A stretch of 64,000 nucleotides of DNA from an uncultured virus (IMG/VR IMGVR_UViG_3300007597_000002) (taxonomy: Duplodnaviria; Heunggongvirae; Uroviricota; Caudoviricetes): the IMG/VR virus record IMGVR_UViG_3300007597_000002, one strand, 5' to 3'. Position numbers and translations under genes: made by a program. Each line of letters opens with the position of its first letter. Positions within the stretch are counted from its first letter, which is position 1. Of this stretch, positions 56,950 through 64,000 are shown piece by piece. The notes below the pieces were generated by a model. It had not been told where the DNA came from and did no database searches. It was given only the letters and a program-made list of their open reading frames with translations.

Positions 56950-57489
56950 ATGTTAGAAGGTATAAATCAGTGGGACTCTTTCTTCACAAAAGAAGAATAT
57001 GATAATGTTGACAAAGAACTATTAAATCATGAGTGGGTTTTTGGTGCCAGTCCCAATAATAATTTACTTGAAGGTAATAAGGTAAGACAATTCTGGTATA
57101 AAGACTTGATGGAGTCTGAATATATTAAAGAGTTGTTTAGATTCAGAACAGAAGATTATCTAAATGCAAAAGTAGAGACAATGCGTCTCTACGCAAATGG
57201 ACAATCACATGGAATGGCAGGACATATACATGAGGATGTTCCACCAGATGAACCTGGAATTTGTGGTAGTATAGTATATTTCTTTCAGGCTGACTGGAAA
57301 CCAGAATATGGTGGGCATTTAATCTTCTTGTCACCAGAAGATCCAAACAGAGTGATGTTGTCAGTATTCCCGAGATCAAACTCCGCAGTTATATTCAACT
57401 CAAAGTTATCTCACATGGCATTCGATCCATCAGTATACTGTACAAATCAAAGAATAAGCATAGCATATAAATTTAGGGTAAAAGAATGA
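56950..57489 (+). CDS. 2OG-Fe(II) oxygenase
   Basis: RLYANGQ, HED, W..EYGG, H, RISIAYK. Confidence 0.82.
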   Translation: MLEGINQWDSFFTKEEYDNVDKELLNHEWVFGASPNNNLLEGNKVRQFWYKDLMESEYIKELFRFRTEDYLNAKVETMRLYANGQSHGMAGHIHEDVPPDEPGICGSIVYFFQADWKPEYGGHLIFLSPEDPNRVMLSVFPRSNSAVIFNSKLSHMAFDPSVYCTNQRISIAYKFRVKE

Positions 57490-58478
57490 TAGCAAAAACA
57501 AAATCAAATCTAACAGATCAACGAACATATTTCAAACCATTTAATTATCCATGGGCTTATGACGCATGGTTAAAACATGAACAAAGTCATTGGCTTCATA
57601 CAGAAGTTCCAATGGCTGAAGACGTTAAAGATTGGAAGAAAAAACTAACTAATGAAGAAAAACACTTCCTCACAAATATCTTTCGATTCTTTACACAGGG
57701 TGATATCGACGTGGCTGGTGGCTATGTTAACAATTATCTACCTTACTTCCCTCAGCCTGAGATTCGTATGATGCTTATGGGGTTTGCTGCACGTGAAGCA
57801 CTTCACATTGCTGCTTACTCACATCTGATTGAAACTCTCGGCATGCCTGAATCCACTTACAATGAATTTCTTGAATATCAAGAGATGCGTGACAAGCATG
57901 ATTACGTTACAGAATTAAGTTCCAAGAATGGAACACTCTCTTCAACTGCAACCCACATTGCCGTGTTCAGTGCTTTCACTGAAGGGATGCAGTTGTTCTC
58001 TTCGTTCATCATGCTTCTTAACTTTCCTCGTCATGGTATGATGAAGGGAATGGGACAAATCGTTACTTGGTCTATCGTTGATGAAACAATGCACTCCGAG
58101 AATATGATTCGTCTGTTCAAAGAGTTTATTAAAGAAAATAATGAAATCTGGAATGATGAACTAAAAGGAAAGATTTATACCATTGCTGAGAAGATGGTTG
58201 AACTTGAAGATAAATTCATCGATCTCTGTTATGCCAATGGTGATATGCGTGAACTTTCTGCAGCTGATGTCAAACAATATATTCGTTATATTGCTGATCG
58301 TAGATTGATCAGTCTCGGCATGAAAGGTATCTACAAAGTCAAACGCAATCCATTACCATGGGTTGAAGAAATGATCAATGCGCCAGTGCATGGTAACTTC
58401 TTTGAGAATCGTGTGACAGATTATGCTAAAGGTGCTTTGTCTGGTAGCTGGAATGATGTATGGGGGAAAGCAGCATGA
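57486..58478 (+). CDS. nrdB: Ribonucleotide reductase class Ia beta subunit
   Basis: FFTQGDIDV, EALHIAAYS, EGMQLFSSF, DETMH, NFFE. Confidence 0.96.
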   Translation: MIAKTKSNLTDQRTYFKPFNYPWAYDAWLKHEQSHWLHTEVPMAEDVKDWKKKLTNEEKHFLTNIFRFFTQGDIDVAGGYVNNYLPYFPQPEIRMMLMGFAAREALHIAAYSHLIETLGMPESTYNEFLEYQEMRDKHDYVTELSSKNGTLSSTATHIAVFSAFTEGMQLFSSFIMLLNFPRHGMMKGMGQIVTWSIVDETMHSENMIRLFKEFIKENNEIWNDELKGKIYTIAEKMVELEDKFIDLCYANGDMRELSAADVKQYIRYIADRRLISLGMKGIYKVKRNPLPWVEEMINAPVHGNFFENRVTDYAKGALSGSWNDVWGKAA

Positions 58479-58624
58479 TAGTAAAACAATTTAATTGCAA
58501 TCATTGCGATGCAGAAGGAAAGATAACAATAAAGGGTGATGACTTTAATTTCGAAGATATCGTTCATTGCCCACTATGTGGTTCTGACATTTATGAAGAA
58601 GAAGGGTTAGACGAGGATGAATAA
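58475..58624 (+). CDS. Small Zn-ribbon protein, 49 aa (not in ORF track)
   Basis: CNHC...CPLCG with acidic tail; ATGA overlap with nrdB. Confidence 0.75.
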   Translation: MIVKQFNCNHCDAEGKITIKGDDFNFEDIVHCPLCGSDIYEEEGLDEDE

Positions 58625-58633
58625 ATATGTCTT

Positions 58634-59056
58634 ATGTGGACATATCAAAATATCATTGTTGAAGAATTACCCGAATGTGTTGGCTTTGTTTATTTAATTA
58701 CGAACAAAGCCAACAGTCGTATGTATGTGGGGAAGAAACTATCAAAGTTTTCTAAAACATCCTACAAAATGGTCACATTAAAAAATGGGACTAAGAAACG
58801 AAAGAAAATCAAATCTAAGATAGATTCTGATTGGTTAGATTATTATGGTTCCAGCGAAGAACTAAATAAAGATATACAGTCTCTGGGTAAGGAATCCTTT
58901 ACTCGAGAGATTTTATTCTTTTGTAAATCAAAGGCTGAGTGTTCTTATATCGAGGCACGAGAGCAATTTGCAAGGAAAGTACTAGAGTCCGATGCATACT
59001 ATAATGGACAGATATCTGTTCGAGTGCATGGATCTCATATAAAAAATAAACTATGA
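58634..59056 (+). CDS. denA: GIY-YIG nuclease, endonuclease II (DenA)-like
   Basis: GFVYLITN....YVGKK, DWLDYYGSS, FTREIL, YYNG; ATAAATA at 58621. Confidence 0.8.
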   Translation: MWTYQNIIVEELPECVGFVYLITNKANSRMYVGKKLSKFSKTSYKMVTLKNGTKKRKKIKSKIDSDWLDYYGSSEELNKDIQSLGKESFTREILFFCKSKAECSYIEAREQFARKVLESDAYYNGQISVRVHGSHIKNKL

Positions 59057-60204
59057 CATATCTACTATTCGCAGTAGCATTATCCCTTTCAGCTGTTGCA
59101 GCATGGTACGCCATTGCTGGACTTTGCGCAATTTTTGCTGCAGCAGTGATACCGATTGCCATTATGGGTTCTCTGTTAGAAGCAGCAAAACTTGTAGTTG
59201 CATCATGGCTTTATAGAAACTGGAATGAAATTCCAAAACTTATGAAGTCATATTTCACAGTATCATTAGTAATTTTGATGTTGTTAACTTCTATGGGTAT
59301 CTTTGGTTTCTTATCAAAAGCCCACTTAGATCAAGCAATACCAACAGGTGATGTTCAATCAAAGTTAGCTCTCATAGATGAAAAGATAAAAACCGAAAAG
59401 GAGAATATCAATGCAAGCCGTAAAGAACTTACTCAACTCGATGCTCAAGTGGATCAAACCCTCAGCAGAACAACCGAAGCCAGTGGAGCCGATCGTTCCA
59501 TCTCCATCCGCAGAGGACAGCAAAAAGACAGAGCCAGAATCCTTACCGAAATCGGTGCAGCGCAAACCAAGATCGCCAAGTACAACGAAGAACGTGCCCC
59601 GATCGCCAGCGAAGTCCGTAAAGTCGAAGCCGAAGTCGGTCCAATAAAATACATTGCTGCAGTATTGTATGGTGATAATCCAGAAACAGACATATTAGAA
59701 AAAGCTGTTCGTTTCGTTACAATGCTTATCGTAGTAGTGTTTGATCCACTGGCTGTACTATTATTGATAGCAGCAAACTGGAATCTTTCACGTAGTAATA
59801 AAAAAGAAATAATTGATGCTGGAACTTTACCTGCTGAAGAACCACCAAAAGATCATATTTTAAATATAGAAGATAATATCGAGTCTGAAGATAAAGTTAC
59901 ACCTATTCAGACCGATACTATAACAGAAGAAGATCTTGCTGTAACAGAACAGACTCATACGAAAGATTGGGAGCCAGAGTTATTTAATACTCTCCCGAAT
60001 ACCTACGTGACTCCTAAAGCAAATCACTTTATGACAAGCGTAAGAGAATTTCTTAAACCGAACAGAGATACTGCTCCAGGAGTTTCAGTTAAGACTATTG
60101 AGTATGATTCTGCAGGAAGAAGGATTACTCCTACAACTGAAGAAGAACGAGCTAAAACTATAGAAAAAGAAGTGGAAGATTTGCAAGACAAAAAACCTAA
60201 ATAG
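59053..60204 (+). CDS. Membrane protein with coiled coil
   Basis: Multiple N-terminal TMs, GFLSKAH, EVGPIKYIA, VVFDPLAV. Confidence 0.75.
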   Translation: MTYLLFAVALSLSAVAAWYAIAGLCAIFAAAVIPIAIMGSLLEAAKLVVASWLYRNWNEIPKLMKSYFTVSLVILMLLTSMGIFGFLSKAHLDQAIPTGDVQSKLALIDEKIKTEKENINASRKELTQLDAQVDQTLSRTTEASGADRSISIRRGQQKDRARILTEIGAAQTKIAKYNEERAPIASEVRKVEAEVGPIKYIAAVLYGDNPETDILEKAVRFVTMLIVVVFDPLAVLLLIAANWNLSRSNKKEIIDAGTLPAEEPPKDHILNIEDNIESEDKVTPIQTDTITEEDLAVTEQTHTKDWEPELFNTLPNTYVTPKANHFMTSVREFLKPNRDTAPGVSVKTIEYDSAGRRITPTTEEERAKTIEKEVEDLQDKKPK

Positions 60205-60234
60205 ATCATAAGAATAACTATATGGGTTTAGCAA

Positions 60235-60792
60235 ATGGCAGAAATCAAAGTAGAAGCAAAACCTCTTTCTCGTTCTGAGAAAGAAGCACAAATCAAAGAC
60301 AAAGCGGGGATGGTAATCTGCATTTTAGCAGCATTACTAGCCATCAACACACTTGTTGGTGGATCAAACTCAAGCAAAATCCTAAACAACACAATCGAAG
60401 CCAACAACACTTGGGCATTTTATCAAGCAAAGTCTATTAAGCAGACTTTAGCAGAAATGGCATATGACGATGCAGTTCGTGCCAATGATAAGAAAAAGTC
60501 AGAAGTACTAAAAAGCAAAATTGACAGATATGAAACCGATCCAAAAACTGGAGAGGGTAAAGTTGAATTGATGGCAAAGGCTAGAGGATTAGAAGCTGAA
60601 CGATCAGTAGCTAAACAGCGCAGTCCTTTCTATACTTACGCAGGCAGTTTACTACAAATAGCAATTGTTTTATTGACAGCTAGTATTCTAGCAGTTAATC
60701 AAAATATGTTTAAAGCCAGTGTTGCAGTCGGAGCACTTGGAGCCTTTATTATGTCTCAGGCAGTTTGGTTATGGATTCCATTGATGATTTAA
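60235..60792 (+). CDS. Membrane protein (DUF4337-like)
   Basis: ANNTWAFYQAKSIK, LQIAIVL; 3 TMs; CTAAATA at 60197. Confidence 0.7.
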   Translation: MAEIKVEAKPLSRSEKEAQIKDKAGMVICILAALLAINTLVGGSNSSKILNNTIEANNTWAFYQAKSIKQTLAEMAYDDAVRANDKKKSEVLKSKIDRYETDPKTGEGKVELMAKARGLEAERSVAKQRSPFYTYAGSLLQIAIVLLTASILAVNQNMFKASVAVGALGAFIMSQAVWLWIPLMI

Positions 60793-60810
60793 CATAATCA
60801 GGAGAATGTT

Positions 60811-61425
60811 GTGGATCCGATTACTATTGGGTTGGCTTTTACTGCAGCCCAATCAGCAGTTGGTTACATCAAGCAAGCCATTGCATTGGGTAAGGACATA
60901 AACAGTCTATCAGGACAGTTTAGTAAGTTCTTCGAATCTTCAGATGCTATACATCGTGAACGAGCAAAGGTAAAAGCAAAGGCTAGTCGACTCGGCAAGA
61001 CTGATGCTGAGTTGGGTCATGAAGCCTTGCAAATCGCTATGCATAGCGATGCTCTACGTCAAGCAGAGCGTGATCTTAAAGATATGATTCTTTGGCAATT
61101 GGGTAAGCCTGAACTGTGGGAACACATGATCAAGGAACGTACTAGATTGTTCAAGGAACGTGCAGAAGCAGAGCGTGAAGAAGCTGAGCGTGTATTAGCC
61201 CACAAAAAGAAAATGGCTGATATGTTTATTTTTGGCATGTATTTTCTAGCGGTATCTGCTATTGTATTTGCATTTATTATGGGTGGTGTTGGTATTTATG
61301 CTCAAGCAGAAGAAAAAAGAATTTATGAACAAAAGCTGGCACAAAGAAATCTAGTTCTGCGCCAGCAACAAAAAGAACGTGAAGCACGTGAAAAGAAAGA
61401 ACGTGAAGATTATGCTAAAAATTAA
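60811..61425 (+). CDS. Hypothetical membrane protein (MDP-start family)
   Basis: GTG start with AGGAG; C-terminal TM. Confidence 0.7.
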   Translation: MDPITIGLAFTAAQSAVGYIKQAIALGKDINSLSGQFSKFFESSDAIHRERAKVKAKASRLGKTDAELGHEALQIAMHSDALRQAERDLKDMILWQLGKPELWEHMIKERTRLFKERAEAEREEAERVLAHKKKMADMFIFGMYFLAVSAIVFAFIMGGVGIYAQAEEKRIYEQKLAQRNLVLRQQQKEREAREKKEREDYAKN

Positions 61426-61437
61426 AGGATATGAAGT

Positions 61438-61551
61438 ATGCACTTCAACATAATTATTACAACGAACGATTTAATATTCCTTTTATCTACGATACCCTTA
61501 TTGATGGTTTTTACTGTAATGTTTAAAGACTGGCTTAAAGATCGGAAATAG
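61438..61551 (+). CDS. Small TM peptide, 37 aa
   Basis: MHFNIIITTNDLIFLLSTIPLLMVFTVMF. Confidence 0.45.
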   Translation: MHFNIIITTNDLIFLLSTIPLLMVFTVMFKDWLKDRK

Positions 61552-61557
61552 AGTAAG

Positions 61558-61698
61558 ATGTATGAATGGATCTTAGCGTTAGCACTTGCGCAAGAACCTG
61601 TTAAAAAATGGCCAGAATGGGAATGTGTGCGATGGACATGGACTGGTGATGTTTATGAACGTCGTGTAGTTTGTTTAGAGTGGAGAAGGAGGAAATAG
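61558..61698 (+). CDS. Small Trp-rich peptide, 46 aa
   Basis: ECVRWTWTGDVYERRVVCLEW. Confidence 0.6.
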   Translation: MYEWILALALAQEPVKKWPEWECVRWTWTGDVYERRVVCLEWRRRK

Positions 61699-62469
61699 AT
61701 GGATCCTCTAACACTCTTTGCACTGGCCAATGGAGCAGTTTCTGCGATCAAGGCTGGGTGTAAATTATACAAAGATATCAAAGGTGCAGCTGGAGATATA
61801 AAGGATGTGCTCAAAGATCTGGATGAGCAGTTTCATGGTAACTATGCAGCAAAGGGAAAGAAACCACCACCCGAAGCAATTAAACAGTTTAATGAAGAAA
61901 AATCTAGAATAAAAGATTTAAACAAGAAAGACACTGGTGACATTTATTTTGAACTTGGTCAACATCTTGGTGCTTTCTTTGACAACCAAGCAAAGTGTAT
62001 AGCAGTATTTGAGGCAGAAGAAAAACGATCATATGATTTATATACAGGTGATGATTCTCTAGGAAATCGTGCTCTTCAAAGAGTTTTGATGAAAAAGAAA
62101 CTTGAGCAGATGGAAGTTGAGTTGCGTGAGATAATGATTTATCAAAGCCCACCTGAATTGGGTGCATTATGGACTGAGGTGTTACAACAATCTAAGGTAT
62201 TAAATGCAAGACAGTCTGCGGCACTCAAGCGTCATATTCAGATGCAAATGCAGCATGATAGAGAACATGCAGAATTGATGAGAAAGATAAAAACATTTTT
62301 TAAATGGTTTGCTATTTTTATGGGTGTGATTTTTCTTACAATGTCTGTAATGTGGTTTGTGGTACAAGACAGGATACAAAAGTATCCACAGTTGGGGACT
62401 GATTGGGTTCCTAAAACTGATCAACAAAGAAGACAAGAAGCCATGCCCAAACAATATATTGGACGCTAA
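61699..62469 (+). CDS. Hypothetical membrane protein, paralog-like to 60811
   Basis: MDPLTLFALANGAVSAIK; C-terminal TM. Confidence 0.7.
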   Translation: MDPLTLFALANGAVSAIKAGCKLYKDIKGAAGDIKDVLKDLDEQFHGNYAAKGKKPPPEAIKQFNEEKSRIKDLNKKDTGDIYFELGQHLGAFFDNQAKCIAVFEAEEKRSYDLYTGDDSLGNRALQRVLMKKKLEQMEVELREIMIYQSPPELGALWTEVLQQSKVLNARQSAALKRHIQMQMQHDREHAELMRKIKTFFKWFAIFMGVIFLTMSVMWFVVQDRIQKYPQLGTDWVPKTDQQRRQEAMPKQYIGR

Positions 62470-62471
62470 AT

Positions 62472-62747
62472 ATGAAGACAATAGGATTATTACTGTTTGC
62501 TTTTTCACTGAATGTATATGCAAACCCATTTACATACAACTATCAAGTAACCTGTGGTCCAATGGTGCCAATAATAAAATTTCTTTCTGAAAATCAACAA
62601 GAAAAATTAACATGGACAGGTTTAGATATAGCAGATGGTTCAGTATATTCTTTGTGGGAAGATAAAGATGGTAACTGGACGCTACTAAAAAAGAGTAAAG
62701 AAATTGCTTGCATTATAGGTTCTGGCACAAAGCCAAAGATTATATAA
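62472..62747 (+). CDS. Small secreted protein
   Basis: Signal peptide ending VYA; two Cys. Confidence 0.65.
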   Translation: MKTIGLLLFAFSLNVYANPFTYNYQVTCGPMVPIIKFLSENQQEKLTWTGLDIADGSVYSLWEDKDGNWTLLKKSKEIACIIGSGTKPKII

Positions 62748-62757
62748 AGGGATATGA

Positions 62758-63573
62758 ATGAAGTACTTACTATCGTTATTCTTAGTAATAACAACTTTAA
62801 CTGCAAATGCTTGGACTCAACGTCCACCAGAGCCAGTTGCTAACTGTGCCACTCATAGTCCTTATGGCTGGCCAGTTGCTAATCCTGCTGTTCAGCCAAT
62901 CTGTCGTCAGGCATATCTCGTTGGCTATGATGCACCAGCAAAACTTCCACGCTACGTAACTTATACACTACTACCTCAAAATGCTTTGGGGTGTGTAGCA
63001 CGCACTAATGCATTCACATCAGATCAATCTATTCAAAATGGTCCAAGACCAGATGACTACGCTGGTACAGGTTACGACAAAGGACACATGAGTCCTGATG
63101 GTGACTTGTCTTGGGATCAGCAGGTGGAATATGAATCATTCCTTATGACTAATATGTCTCCACAGGCAGGTTCTCTTAATCGTGGTATCTGGAAATTATT
63201 AGAAACTGCAGTTCGTGGTTGGACTGTTCAACGCAATCAGTCGTATACAATATTCGTTGGAGGTATCTACAATGAACAAAACAAGAAAATCGGCAGTGGT
63301 GTTATTGTTCCGCATAGTTTTTACAAAATTGTTATCAATAATCAAACAGGTGAAGTTGCTGGTTGGCAATTCCCGCATGTAGCACCTTATCCTAATTTGG
63401 GTAATGATCTAACTGCTTTCCGTAAGCCAGTTGCACAAATTCAATCAGAAGCAAATGTTGCTTATTCATTCCCAGCTGGTGCAAAAGAACTAGCACCTGG
63501 AACTGAATGGCCAGTTAGTTATGGTGATTTAACTAAAGCAAAACGTGCCAAATGTGGTGGGAGTGGAGATTAA
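62758..63573 (+). CDS. Secreted DNA/RNA non-specific endonuclease (NucA/EndoG family)
   Basis: Signal peptide; GYDKGHM, SFLMTNMSPQ...LNRGIWK.LE, VPHSFYKI. Confidence 0.9.
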   Translation: MKYLLSLFLVITTLTANAWTQRPPEPVANCATHSPYGWPVANPAVQPICRQAYLVGYDAPAKLPRYVTYTLLPQNALGCVARTNAFTSDQSIQNGPRPDDYAGTGYDKGHMSPDGDLSWDQQVEYESFLMTNMSPQAGSLNRGIWKLLETAVRGWTVQRNQSYTIFVGGIYNEQNKKIGSGVIVPHSFYKIVINNQTGEVAGWQFPHVAPYPNLGNDLTAFRKPVAQIQSEANVAYSFPAGAKELAPGTEWPVSYGDLTKAKRAKCGGSGD

Positions 63574-63963
63574 ATGGCTTACTCAGACAAAGTTATTGAT
63601 CATTATGAAAATCCACGTAACGTGGGTTCTCTAGACAAAAACGATCCAACAGTTGGTACTGGTATGGTTGGTGCACCAGCATGTGGTGATGTGATGAAAT
63701 TACAAATACAGGTAGATGAAGATGGTATTATTAGAGATGCTAAGTTCAAGACATATGGCTGTGGTTCAGCAATCGCCAGTTCGTCGCTGGTTACAGAGTG
63801 GGTTAAGGGTATGCATATTGATGATGCTGTTAACTTACGCAACTCTCAGATTGCCGAAGAACTAGCATTACCTCCAGTTAAGATTCACTGCTCTATACTT
63901 GCGGAAGATGCAATCAAAGCAGCAGTAAACGACTATAAAGAAAAACATGATCTCGTTAACTGA
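63574..63963 (+). CDS. iscU: Fe-S cluster scaffold IscU
   Basis: YSDKVIDHYENPRNVG, APACGDVM, KTYGCGSAIASSS, LPPVKIHCS. Confidence 0.97.
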   Translation: MAYSDKVIDHYENPRNVGSLDKNDPTVGTGMVGAPACGDVMKLQIQVDEDGIIRDAKFKTYGCGSAIASSSLVTEWVKGMHIDDAVNLRNSQIAEELALPPVKIHCSILAEDAIKAAVNDYKEKHDLVN

Positions 63964-64000
63964 AAAAGCATACGAGAAAGTTAAATCCCAACTTCAGAAA
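63947..64000 (+). CDS. iscA: IscA-like A-type Fe-S carrier (N-terminus only, truncated)
   Basis: MISLTEKAYEKVKSQLQK directly after iscU. Confidence 0.6.
   Translation, partial: MISLTEKAYEKVKSQLQK

Noticed and set aside
58634..59056. Mobile homing endonuclease
   Set aside because: Short single-domain GIY-YIG matching EndoII/DenA, without DNA-binding repeats
1..64000. Stop-codon reassignment
   Set aside because: Core genes translate full length under the standard code, and TAA, TGA and TAG all end genes

Overview
A 64 kb stretch of a T4-like (Tevenvirinae-related) myophage genome. Essentially all genes are on the + strand and use the standard code. Spanins, proteobacterial-type IscU/IscA, IHF sites and sigma70 promoters point to a Gram-negative proteobacterial host (inference). 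Gene order: head module (gp20, gp67, gp21, gp22, gp23), gp3, uvsY, uvsW, gp55, gp47/46, an early vWA-peptidase plus MoxR/CobS ATPase block, gp45/44/62, regA, hsp20, ligase, gp43, GroES, uvsX, gp41, a DNA-hypermodification cluster, a late cluster of His-rich proteins that look capsid-targeted, spanins, primase, thyX, nrdA/B, an EndoII-like nuclease, membrane proteins, a secreted NucA-type nuclease and iscU/iscA. The most notable system is at 37.2-41.9 kb: a TET/JBP-type dioxygenase, an Ntn (class II) amidotransferase, a GNAT, an amino-acid:DNA transferase (aGPT-Pplase2) and a P-loop kinase, in a phage that makes ordinary dTMP with ThyX. This suggests a fully post-replicative thymine hypermodification pathway with unusual tailoring enzymes. 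Second is a 1133-aa apparent polyprotein and its neighbours, which carry T4-type capsid-targeting and protease-cleavage motifs. Third is a repeated IHF-site plus palindrome module at three early promoters. All calls come from motif recognition by eye; no database searches were run.
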